From a virus, in the IMG/VR virus record IMGVR_UViG_3300028840_002190: a DNA stretch of 64,000 bases; one strand, 5' to 3'. The translations under genes were made by a program, and so were the position numbers. This document shows, in pieces, positions 45,289-53,332 of this stretch. Within the stretch, counting starts at the first letter, position 1. Each line of letters starts with the position of its first letter. The notes under the pieces were generated by a model. That model worked only from the letters and a program-made list of their open reading frames with translations. It did no database searches and was not told the DNA's origin.

Positions 45289-45431
45289 ATGAGAAGGATC
45301 TAAGTTGCCATGGTGTCCTCCAATCTGTTGGTCCCTACCAGGGGTGCGTGCTCTTGCCATCAGTCCGAGAAGGTTATCCGAGGGTTATGAGCCCCCCGAC
45401 TCCCTCAAGGTCCGGACTCGAGCGCGGGTTT

Positions 45432-45567
45432 ATTGGTCTTTCCTAGTAGCTCCTCGAGGCAGCGGGAGTCGGTCCGAGTTTACGGACTCACAACTTCCAT
45501 CACCAAGGCGCTTCCCGTTTCCTTGGTTGCTGAGGAGCCCTACAAGGAGCTACTAGGAAAGACCAAT
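45432..45567. repeat. perfect 23-bp inverted repeat enclosing a 90-nt structured segment
   Basis: ATTGGTCTTTCCTAGTAGCTCCT / AGGAGCTACTAGGAAAGACCAAT. Confidence 0.9.
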
Positions 45568-45580
45568 TTTTCAAAGAGTA
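45568..45580 (-). promoter_or_regulatory. rrn-type boxA-like motif TACTCTTTGAAAA
   Basis: immediately 5' of the 23-bp stem on the minus strand. Confidence 0.55.
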
Positions 45581-45661
45581 CGCCTCCTACCTTACTCCTC
45601 CAGAGGACCTAGGAATCTGGAGTTTCATCCATGCCTCCACTCCAATACCTCGGAGACGTGA

Positions 45662-45734
45662 TAGCGGGGACCGGATTCGAACCGGCGTGACGGGATTATG
45701 AGTCCCGCGACTGAAACCACTCGTCTACCCCGCA
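45662..45734 (-). tRNA. tRNA-Met(CAU), initiator-like
   Basis: CGGGA-CTCATAA-TCCCG; unpaired 1:72. Confidence 0.9.
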
Positions 45735-45739
45735 TCAAT

Positions 45740-45908
45740 GCCCGTCTTTCCGGGCTGTCCGCTCTAACCAGGACCTCCCCTTATCCGGCCTTACAGTAGC
45801 ATGCCCGACCGGCATTTGGGTATTCGACCTGGACGTCAGCGACCCGCTAACACGAACCCACTGACAGCTGCGATGACCTACGAGCAGCGTCCTGTAGGTC
45901 AGGGCATC
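45740..45908 (-). ncRNA. candidate structured ncRNA (~170 nt)
   Basis: starts just after GGTAAAAG (45914-45921); several stems; ends GCCC-GGAAAGAC-GGGC. Confidence 0.5.
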
Positions 45909-46071
45909 AGCTTCTTTTACCAGGTAATGTGAGGCTTTTCAATTCTTGCGGGGGAGGGGATCTGTGACAGGCTTGCCCTTGCGCGCACGGTGACGGCGCC
46001 ACTTTTCGAGGTCTCTCTTCTTGGGAGGCTTCGCAGGAAGGTTAACCGTCGGTCGACGGTAGATGGTGGGT

Positions 46072-47016
46072 TCACCCATAATAGAAGCCCGCATACGGAT
46101 CATTGACGTAACGTCGGTCATGGGGACTGAAGCCTTCACGCTCAGGGCCGCCCATGGCCTCAACACGCTCCATGGTTTCACGCTCCTTCTGCTTCGCCTT
46201 CTTGGCGGCGATAGCAGCGAGAAGGATCGCACCCACGGTTGCTCCGGCGAACGGGGCCACTTTCTTGCCCTTCTCAAGACCCTCAATGATCTTCTCAGTG
46301 ATGTGGATCTTACGCCGCAGACTCTCTTGGCCAATATCTAGGATAGGGTCGATGACTTTCTTACCTGCGTAATACCCACCGAGGCCCCCCGCGGCACCGG
46401 CGACCCAGGGCATCGCACCACTCTCGAGAAACGCGACTTTATGCAGAAGGGTAGCGACTTTCATCTCGGCAGATTCTCCCGTATACGCTTGAGTCTTGGC
46501 GCTGTTCTTCGGAGGCTTGGGCACGTCAGGCATCCCCCCGCTGGTGCTCATGGGGGCGGGCATCTTCGGAAACTTGGCGGGTTTCGGCGTCACGGGTGCG
46601 TTTGGGGTATAGTCGAAGTTTGCTCCAAACTTGTACGCTTCGAGCTGAGCTGCTTGCTCTTTCAGCGCCTTGTCGTTCTTCGCAGAATCGATCCACGCTT
46701 TCCCTAGGAGTCCTGCACCCACAGCGCCTCCAAGAAGGCCCGCACGTCGCAGCCAGCGATACTTGCCTGGTTGGGACCAAAGACGACGAACCTTGCCTAC
46801 CGTGTGGTGCTTGACCTTCTGCGCCGTACTCGGACCCGTACCCTTGATGACTTCTTTCTCCATCGCAGGGTGGGGTCCGGGGGTACTTCCTGACATCCGC
46901 ATGCCAGGAGTGAAGTCCGAGATGCCTCGAGCTTGAGCCAACTCTTTCTCTCGCTGCAGCAGGCGCTCGTACAGCTCGTCATGGCCGCCCAACGCTAGTT
47001 TCTCGAGTGTACGCAT
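46072..47016 (-). CDS. glycine-zipper protein with KxA motifs (putative internal virion protein)
   Basis: MRTLEKLA, LHKVA; three hydrophobic Gly-rich helices. Confidence 0.7.
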   Translation of the reverse strand: MRTLEKLALGGHDELYERLLQREKELAQARGISDFTPGMRMSGSTPGPHPAMEKEVIKGTGPSTAQKVKHHTVGKVRRLWSQPGKYRWLRRAGLLGGAVGAGLLGKAWIDSAKNDKALKEQAAQLEAYKFGANFDYTPNAPVTPKPAKFPKMPAPMSTSGGMPDVPKPPKNSAKTQAYTGESAEMKVATLLHKVAFLESGAMPWVAGAAGGLGGYYAGKKVIDPILDIGQESLRRKIHITEKIIEGLEKGKKVAPFAGATVGAILLAAIAAKKAKQKERETMERVEAMGGPEREGFSPHDRRYVNDPYAGFYYG

Positions 47017-47021
47017 TTATC

Positions 47022-47657
47022 CTACATCCCCGTGTTACTCAGTGTCACCGCGTAGGGAGTCTGTGCCGAGGCGCTCGTGAGAGGTACTCCCTGGAGGAGG
47101 GGCCGGTTGTACGGCTGCTCGCTTTTCAGGGCCTCTTTTAGTGCATTTCTCTGTAAAACGCGCTCAGCAAGCAGCCCCCGCGATACCTGGCGTGCCTGGC
47201 GCTCTCGTTGGTCTCCTTTGGCGCCCCAGAGAGCGCTCCCAGTCAGTAACCCAGCCCCGGCACCGAGCAGTGGGAGGAGTTTCACTGAGAGCGGAAGGTT
47301 CTTGAGACCTTTGAGACTTCGGTTCTTCAACAGCCCCTGTTCCAGCATCTCTTTGAAGGGGGCCGTAGTAGCCTTCCCGCCGAGACCACGAGCCAGGACA
47401 CCTCCTCCGATACCTCCAGCGAGGGCGCCTCCCGCAGCTGGGCGCAATAACCCACGAGACCTCTCGGACTTAGCGAGGTCGTCTACAGTTTGCCCCTCGT
47501 GGAGTCCCCGAGCCATGCGCTCGACCATGGAACGGGGAGCCCACTCGGACATTCCGGTGAGCCTCTCCTGGTAATTCGGAGTACCCGCAAAGGTGAACGG
47601 GATTCCAGAAGGCCGGAACCAGATACCACCTGCGTGTTTCAGTAGTCCTTCACTCAT
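47022..47657 (-). CDS. glycine-zipper protein with KxA leader
   Basis: MSEGLLKHAG; TATAATT at 47667-47673. Confidence 0.7.
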   Translation of the reverse strand: MSEGLLKHAGGIWFRPSGIPFTFAGTPNYQERLTGMSEWAPRSMVERMARGLHEGQTVDDLAKSERSRGLLRPAAGGALAGGIGGGVLARGLGGKATTAPFKEMLEQGLLKNRSLKGLKNLPLSVKLLPLLGAGAGLLTGSALWGAKGDQRERQARQVSRGLLAERVLQRNALKEALKSEQPYNRPLLQGVPLTSASAQTPYAVTLSNTGM

Positions 47658-47760
47658 GACACCACGAATTATACGGCAAAATCCTTGGTAAAAGAAGGGG
47701 GACCCATTGGCTTTGGAAACTAGTGGCTATCCCACGTAGAGGGACCTCGGGGTCCCTCTT

Positions 47761-48027
47761 TTAGCTTCTAGGTCCTTGAGCCCCTCCGTAACCGGACTGG
47801 ATCTTGGTTGCGGGACGCTTTGGACTGTGCGTATGGACGTACCCGGCCTTGTTCCCTTTGCAGCCTGGATACGAAGGAATGACGGTATTCATAGTGACAG
47901 GACCGCTGCGCCATACTCGAGATAGGATGTTCCCGCAGTCCGGACAAGGCACCTCTTCTTTGGCGTCGCTGACCACTTCTTCGGTTTCGAGTTTGCAGCG
48001 TTCACAAATGTAATCGAACATGGGCAT
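47761..48027 (-). CDS. FmdB-family zinc-ribbon protein
   Basis: MPMFDYICERC...CPDCG..LSRV. Confidence 0.85.
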   Translation of the reverse strand: MPMFDYICERCKLETEEVVSDAKEEVPCPDCGNILSRVWRSGPVTMNTVIPSYPGCKGNKAGYVHTHSPKRPATKIQSGYGGAQGPRS

Positions 48028-49845
48028 TTAGGACTCCGTCGTCTCGGATACAATAGACATGTTAGCATCGAACTCCACTGAAGGAGCCGGAGAAATCTCT
48101 TCACAAAGATTGAGTTGAACCTCAGACTCCACCGGCGCAACACCAACGCTCATATCGTCATTAAAGTATTGGTTCTCCAGGTCCTCCACAGCGCTATCGA
48201 GACCCTCGAGAACAGGGGTAAGTCCGCTAGAGCTCCCTCCGAAGATCCAGCCGATGAGTCGCATGAAACTTTCGACTATCTGCTTACCGCTCTGAGCCCC
48301 CACGTCAGCTGCTGCGCTGGGGGACGGTCCCCCTGCCATCAAAATGACACCCGTAACGTACTCATCCCCCTTATGGAATGGAGGAGAAGACGCGTAGCTG
48401 GAACGAAGAGACAGCGCTAAATCCTGTATGAAGAACGTGTTGCCACCTTCCCCCTCAAAGGTACGGTAATAGACCCCCGCAGTCGGAAGTTGGAACTTGA
48501 AGGTGAGCTGCTCTAAGGCATCCAAGATCTTGTTGACGAGCTCTTCATATCGCTGGATCTCTGACTTCAAGAACTCGACGTACTCAGTGATGAAGTCCAG
48601 AGCCCCGACGAGCTTACCTGCCATCTTCTCGAGCTCCGCTACCAACAAGCGCAAGAGGTAGGCAAACTCCGGAAACAAGGAAGAGACAGAGGGAGTGCGT
48701 CTCCAGTCGGGAGGGGTACTCCCAGGAACAGTAGGGTAGGGGACAACACGAACAACATTAGAGGTGTACCAGTACTCGTAAGCGGTACCGTCGGACGTGG
48801 TGCGATCTTCGTCAGCACCGTACGCCCGGAGTTTCCACGCGATAGTGTAGTAGAACGAGTCGTCGGGTTCGGATTCGATGTTCTCATCGATGTAGGTAAC
48901 GTCTGTAGGGTCGTACGGGCCTTCAAAGACTACCTCACTGGGTCCAAAGGTAGAGCCATTAGACAACGTCCGAGTACCCATCAAGTCAACAACACTGTTA
49001 GCACTGAGTGCGTTGACATTGTTCTTGGAGCGAATGATAGCGTACCGCTCCGGGAAGAGGATGATTCCTCCGAGGTCAGTCAACTTGGTGATAGGAACTT
49101 CGACGGGGTCCCACTCAAGGAAGGTGCTGAACTTTCCTCCCGTGTCGTTTACTGCGGACTTTACGATGGGGGTCATGGCCCGACCCTGTAAGTTCTGAGG
49201 CCGGGGAGCTTTGGGGACACCGTCCAGATCAAAGTCGAAGAGTCCGAAGAGTTTCCAGATGTCATCCAAGAAACCTAAAGCATCGAATCCTCCGACGCCC
49301 ATGACCAAGACCACACCGCCAACGTAATCGTCCTCATCATAGAACTGCGGGCGGTTAGTATCGCCCTCGTCTCTAAGGGATTCGATGACAGTCTTGAAGA
49401 ACCCGTAGTTGCCTCCGTTGTAGCGGTTGGCTTCGACCAAGAAGTCGTTGAGGTTGTCGTCTTTCCAAGGAGGAAGGATCTGTCCGAGATTTCCAGGCTG
49501 GTCGGTATCCGCGACACCTTCTCCGAAGATGCCAAGGCTGCCTGCCCAATCTGGAGTGATGTCCCCCAAGTTCAAGAAGTTGGTAGCGAATCGTTTCCGG
49601 ATAGGGACTCCCAAGATGTAGACCCCAACATCTTCGAGGAACCCCTCCACGACTTCCTTGATCTTATCGATAATGGCTTTGATGGCTGCGGCTAAGGGGT
49701 CGGTGAACGCAGTAATGAAGTTGAGGATGCTCTCGAGAATCCCAACGATGATCTCTAAGAACTCACGAATCTTGTCGATGATCTCCGATAAGTCAGCTAC
49801 GGCCCCGAGATCCGGAAGATCGAGTTCCCATTTCTGCCAACCCAT
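48028..49845 (-). CDS. putative baseplate/tail structural protein
   Basis: 605 aa, acidic, helical ends and beta-rich middle; in the virion region. Confidence 0.5.
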   Translation of the reverse strand: MGWQKWELDLPDLGAVADLSEIIDKIREFLEIIVGILESILNFITAFTDPLAAAIKAIIDKIKEVVEGFLEDVGVYILGVPIRKRFATNFLNLGDITPDWAGSLGIFGEGVADTDQPGNLGQILPPWKDDNLNDFLVEANRYNGGNYGFFKTVIESLRDEGDTNRPQFYDEDDYVGGVVLVMGVGGFDALGFLDDIWKLFGLFDFDLDGVPKAPRPQNLQGRAMTPIVKSAVNDTGGKFSTFLEWDPVEVPITKLTDLGGIILFPERYAIIRSKNNVNALSANSVVDLMGTRTLSNGSTFGPSEVVFEGPYDPTDVTYIDENIESEPDDSFYYTIAWKLRAYGADEDRTTSDGTAYEYWYTSNVVRVVPYPTVPGSTPPDWRRTPSVSSLFPEFAYLLRLLVAELEKMAGKLVGALDFITEYVEFLKSEIQRYEELVNKILDALEQLTFKFQLPTAGVYYRTFEGEGGNTFFIQDLALSLRSSYASSPPFHKGDEYVTGVILMAGGPSPSAAADVGAQSGKQIVESFMRLIGWIFGGSSSGLTPVLEGLDSAVEDLENQYFNDDMSVGVAPVESEVQLNLCEEISPAPSVEFDANMSIVSETTES

Positions 49846-50601
49846 CTACTTCACCCGATTCATAATAGTGCGCATCTGGGAATTCTGGAGCACTGGAAGA
49901 GTCCCGAAACCCTCCAACCGGCTTGCTCCGTACCTACGCCAGAGCGCGTACACGTACTCACAGTCCAGGAGGACAAGCCGCTTGAACGGTTCGAGTCTCC
50001 AACCCGGAGGAGCAGACGTGAGGTTATTTACGACGTAAAGCAGGTCGTCATACGCCTTGTTCGTGGAGTCTGAGGACGTGGTGCTCTCAATCTCCCAGTT
50101 GAACCTGCCACGACCTGCAGGAACCTGAATCGGTTTAACCGTCGAGACTACCCCTGGAGACGCGGCGTTCCAGAGCTCTGTAAAGAGAGCCGAACCCAAG
50201 GTGGTGTAGAGGTACGCGCATTTCCAAAAGTTCTCGTCGGCTTCCGTAAACAGCGAGGTGTACGTGGTATAAACACTTAAAGCTGCCCGGTTGATTTCAC
50301 GACCATATACGAACGCACACGTCTCCATTTCCTGCAGCTGTTCAGTTCGGATGTTCACGGTGCGCGCCTCGTTTACTGAGGCTTTCATGAAACCCACACG
50401 CCGATCTTTTTGGACTGGAGGGGACAACGAGAGGGAAGGGTCCACACGTAAAACGTGCCCCAAAAGTAGACCAACTGGAGCATCCCCACGCATGGCACCG
50501 ACGGCACCTCCAAACTGCTGACGTGCTGTAGCGTAGAGACTAGCGTCCCGGACGGCTTTTTCGTCCGCTGCTCTCTGACCGCTCTGAAGATCCAGGCTCA
50601 T
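49846..50601 (-). CDS. hypothetical protein
   Basis: 251-aa ORF abutting neighbours. Confidence 0.6.
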   Translation of the reverse strand: MSLDLQSGQRAADEKAVRDASLYATARQQFGGAVGAMRGDAPVGLLLGHVLRVDPSLSLSPPVQKDRRVGFMKASVNEARTVNIRTEQLQEMETCAFVYGREINRAALSVYTTYTSLFTEADENFWKCAYLYTTLGSALFTELWNAASPGVVSTVKPIQVPAGRGRFNWEIESTTSSDSTNKAYDDLLYVVNNLTSAPPGWRLEPFKRLVLLDCEYVYALWRRYGASRLEGFGTLPVLQNSQMRTIMNRVK

Positions 50602-50794
50602 GTTCCCTCAGCATGTCCAAATCCGCGGCGGCGTGTTTTCGAAACTCGGAGAGGAAGTTCGTCTTCACTCCATGGGCACGAAATTGAGCCTGCGCCCGAG
50701 CTAGCTTCTCGTACGTCATCACGCGGATTAGACGCACAGTAAGCTTACCCAATTTTTCGAGTTCAGACGACTCCGGTCGCTGACGCCAAGTCAT
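50540..50794 (-). CDS. hypothetical protein
   Basis: MTWRQRPESSELEKLG; contains EKLA and KHA motifs. Confidence 0.45.
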   Translation of the reverse strand: MTWRQRPESSELEKLGKLTVRLIRVMTYEKLARAQAQFRAHGVKTNFLSEFRKHAAADLDMLREHEPGSSERSESSGRKSRPGR

Positions 50795-50829
50795 AGAGAA
50801 AACGATAACAGAGAAAGGAGCCTGCAACA

Positions 50830-51021
50830 ATGGGTAAACGAGGAGGCGGTACGTGGAAGCTCGTCTTAGTAGAGGTGGGGGTGGCACTCCTTGCGGTACT
50901 CGGTAAGGAGATCGCCAACCGAGCCTCCGAGTACATGGACGAGCGGGCCGAAAAGCGGAAAGAGAAGGCCAAGGAAGAAGATAAAGAGTCAAAAAGTGAG
51001 GGGGAAAACGGTACAAGTTAG
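50830..51021 (+). CDS. small membrane peptide with charged tail
   Basis: AAGGAG RBS; hydrophobic helix followed by K/E-rich tail. Confidence 0.6.
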   Translation: MGKRGGGTWKLVLVEVGVALLAVLGKEIANRASEYMDERAEKRKEKAKEEDKESKSEGENGTS

Positions 51022-51071
51022 TGTACTCAGAACAGGCCGATAGACCGGTCGAACAACTAAGGAGGAGAGAG

Positions 51072-51209
51072 ATGAAGTCGTTCTTCAAGGCGATCCTGAT
51101 CCCGCTCGGAACCTACGCCGTCCTGCGCGGTGGCGAAGCCGTCGCCAGCGCCGTCGCCAAGCGCCACTCCCGCAAGAAGCGCGAGAGCGAGCAGAGCAGC
51201 GAGAACTAG
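51072..51209 (+). CDS. small membrane peptide (45 aa), GC3-rich
   Basis: AAGGAGGAG RBS; GGTACAAG at 51010-51017. Confidence 0.6.
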   Translation: MKSFFKAILIPLGTYAVLRGGEAVASAVAKRHSRKKRESEQSSEN

Positions 51210-51245
51210 CGACACCTCCCCGGCGACGATCCCACCGGATACTAC

Positions 51246-51275
51246 AAGACACGGAATCCCCTCCGTGTCTTTTTT
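51246..51275 (+). terminator. intrinsic terminator
   Basis: AAGACACGGA/TCCGTGTCTT plus U-tract. Confidence 0.75.
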
Positions 51276-51290
51276 GGTAGGAGGTTCCGT

Positions 51291-51917
51291 ATGGGTAAGT
51301 ACTTAAGAGCGCGGCAATCTAATTACATTGGGTGTGCTGTTACGGGTTGTTCGAAAGACTGCTGTGTGGAGTTAGTGGCGATGCGAAAAGATGGGAGTAG
51401 GATCTACATTCCTGCCTGTCAGAAGCATATCTCCCAAGCTCACACAGCCAAGAGAGATCTAGAAAGTGGAAAAGAGCCACGAGAGGTTAGGGTCCAGGTC
51501 CAGGTGAAGGGCGAGAAGGTACTCAAACCGTTAAGCCTTTGCGAGCTGTTCTACCGGGCCCCTGGAGAGCAAATCAAACATCGGTCTGAAGAAGAGCAAG
51601 AGATACTAGACAAAGCCAGAGTCGTCAAAAAATGGAAATGGGTAGAAGATTTCGACATGTGGATGAACGCAGCCGGTAAGACCGTCCCTCTCAAGGACCT
51701 CGAGTATAAAGAGCTCGAAGATTCGGCGTTGCTTATTCGACGTGTCAATATACAGAGACGCACCAAGAAGATTCAATGGATAACCGAGCTGGAGAAGATC
51801 GCGCCACCCATTCAATACGCTTACCCCGAGGACGAGCTCGAAGTAGGTATGGAAATGGCGTACGCAAAACTCGACGAATTCTACGAGGAATACAGATCGA
51901 GAGGGGTCCTTCCATGA
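51291..51917 (+). CDS. hypothetical protein with N-terminal Zn-binding motif
   Basis: CAVTGC...C...ACQKH. Confidence 0.65.
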   Translation: MGKYLRARQSNYIGCAVTGCSKDCCVELVAMRKDGSRIYIPACQKHISQAHTAKRDLESGKEPREVRVQVQVKGEKVLKPLSLCELFYRAPGEQIKHRSEEEQEILDKARVVKKWKWVEDFDMWMNAAGKTVPLKDLEYKELEDSALLIRRVNIQRRTKKIQWITELEKIAPPIQYAYPEDELEVGMEMAYAKLDEFYEEYRSRGVLP

Positions 51918-51930
51918 AAGGGAGCGTTTC

Positions 51931-52281
51931 ATGGGAGATTGGTGGACAGACGTCACGCGTCTGTGGGCTCAGGTTAGAGGGCACTACGTCCTTACAGACC
52001 AAGACGTAGAGCTTTACTTCTACAAAGACCAGAGGGTCTGGGACAGCCGACATTCTGGTAAAGTAGCATTCGCTTTGGGGCCTGTGGCTATGTTCCGGTC
52101 AGAAGAAGATATGACCCCAGAGAACATCCGGCACGAGCTGAAGCACTGCGAGCAAATCCAGAAAGCAGGAGGGTTCCGAAAGTTCTTTTTGAAGTACCGT
52201 TACGGACAGCTCAAGGCGTTGATCCTCACGGGGGACATAGACATGAATCCCCTGGAACAAGAGGCACTGGCGGCTGAGTAA
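51931..52281 (+). CDS. HExxH metallopeptidase-like protein
   Basis: IRHELKHCEQ...FFLKY...NPLEQEA. Confidence 0.65.
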   Translation: MGDWWTDVTRLWAQVRGHYVLTDQDVELYFYKDQRVWDSRHSGKVAFALGPVAMFRSEEDMTPENIRHELKHCEQIQKAGGFRKFFLKYRYGQLKALILTGDIDMNPLEQEALAAE

Positions 52282-52286
52282 GGTAG

Positions 52287-52321
52287 AAGAGGCACAGGAG
52301 AAATCCCGTGCCTCTTTTTTT
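52287..52321. terminator. terminator between convergent genes
   Basis: AAGAGGCAC/GTGCCTCTT plus U-tract. Confidence 0.75.
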
Positions 52322-52325
52322 GGTT

Positions 52326-53237
52326 CTAGGCAGCGAGGATGGCGCTGATCTGAGCCAGCTTGTTGTTGGTCCGCAGATCAATTTGCGCGAAATCACCAGC
52401 CGCGCCGACGATGGGGGCCGCGATGGAGTAGTCCACCGTGGTGTCGTCGATGAAGTTGATGGTCGCAGCAGCGCCGCCGACAGTCAGGCTGTGGCCCGCA
52501 CCGTTCAAGAGGCCCGAGGAACGCTCCGAGGCATGCGCAGCTACGATCTGATCACTACCGACATCCCACACAGCGCGGGCAACCGCTGCGAAACCCGCAT
52601 CGAGATTGGCGATAGCACCCAGCGTCGCCCAGGTATGCGCAGCGTTCGCGAAGTCGCTCACGAGAGCAACGTTAGCGGGAACGAAACCCGCCGCGTAAGG
52701 ATTGGCACCCGTGGCTGCCGTGAACGTGATCGCCTGAGGATTACCGACACCGGCGTCAGCCAGAGACACCGTCATGTAACCACCCGTATTAGCGTCACCA
52801 CTGAGAGTGGGGTCTGCGGTAAGTAGGTCAATGCGCAGGAAATTATTAGGATCTGCCGCGTCACCAAGAGTGACATGGTCCTTCACTTGGCCGCCCAGGA
52901 GGTTGACTCCCGTGATGATCCCGTTGGCGACACCACCACCGACAGACAACGGGCTCGTAGCGGTATCGATGAAGCTCAGCATCGGAACGCCTTCGTACCC
53001 GAATTCGTCGACACGCTCGTCTCCGTCAGAAGACTCCACGCTCCAGCGGAGGAGCCCCGAAGCTTCGAGACCCACCATCTGTTCACGGAGGCGCTCGAGC
53101 TGACCACGCGTGACATCCGTTTCGACATCGGTGGTCGGAGTCGTAGCGGGAAGAAGGATGACGAGCTTGTCATCCGTGGGGAACGGATCCTGAAGCGTCA
53201 CGTCATTGACCAGGGCCGTAGCGATTAGTTTGGGCAT
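52326..53237 (-). CDS. putative virion structural protein
   Basis: Ala/Gly-rich beta protein; TATACTT at 53292-53298. Confidence 0.6.
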   Translation of the reverse strand: MPKLIATALVNDVTLQDPFPTDDKLVILLPATTPTTDVETDVTRGQLERLREQMVGLEASGLLRWSVESSDGDERVDEFGYEGVPMLSFIDTATSPLSVGGGVANGIITGVNLLGGQVKDHVTLGDAADPNNFLRIDLLTADPTLSGDANTGGYMTVSLADAGVGNPQAITFTAATGANPYAAGFVPANVALVSDFANAAHTWATLGAIANLDAGFAAVARAVWDVGSDQIVAAHASERSSGLLNGAGHSLTVGGAAATINFIDDTTVDYSIAAPIVGAAGDFAQIDLRTNNKLAQISAILAA

Positions 53238-53332
53238 CTTTCAAACCCTCCGTTGTAGGGAGTAGAAACTCTCCTTCAATTTCGTTGAACCAAGTATAGG
53301 GCGTCTGTTGGTCTTATACAAGACGAAGATTC

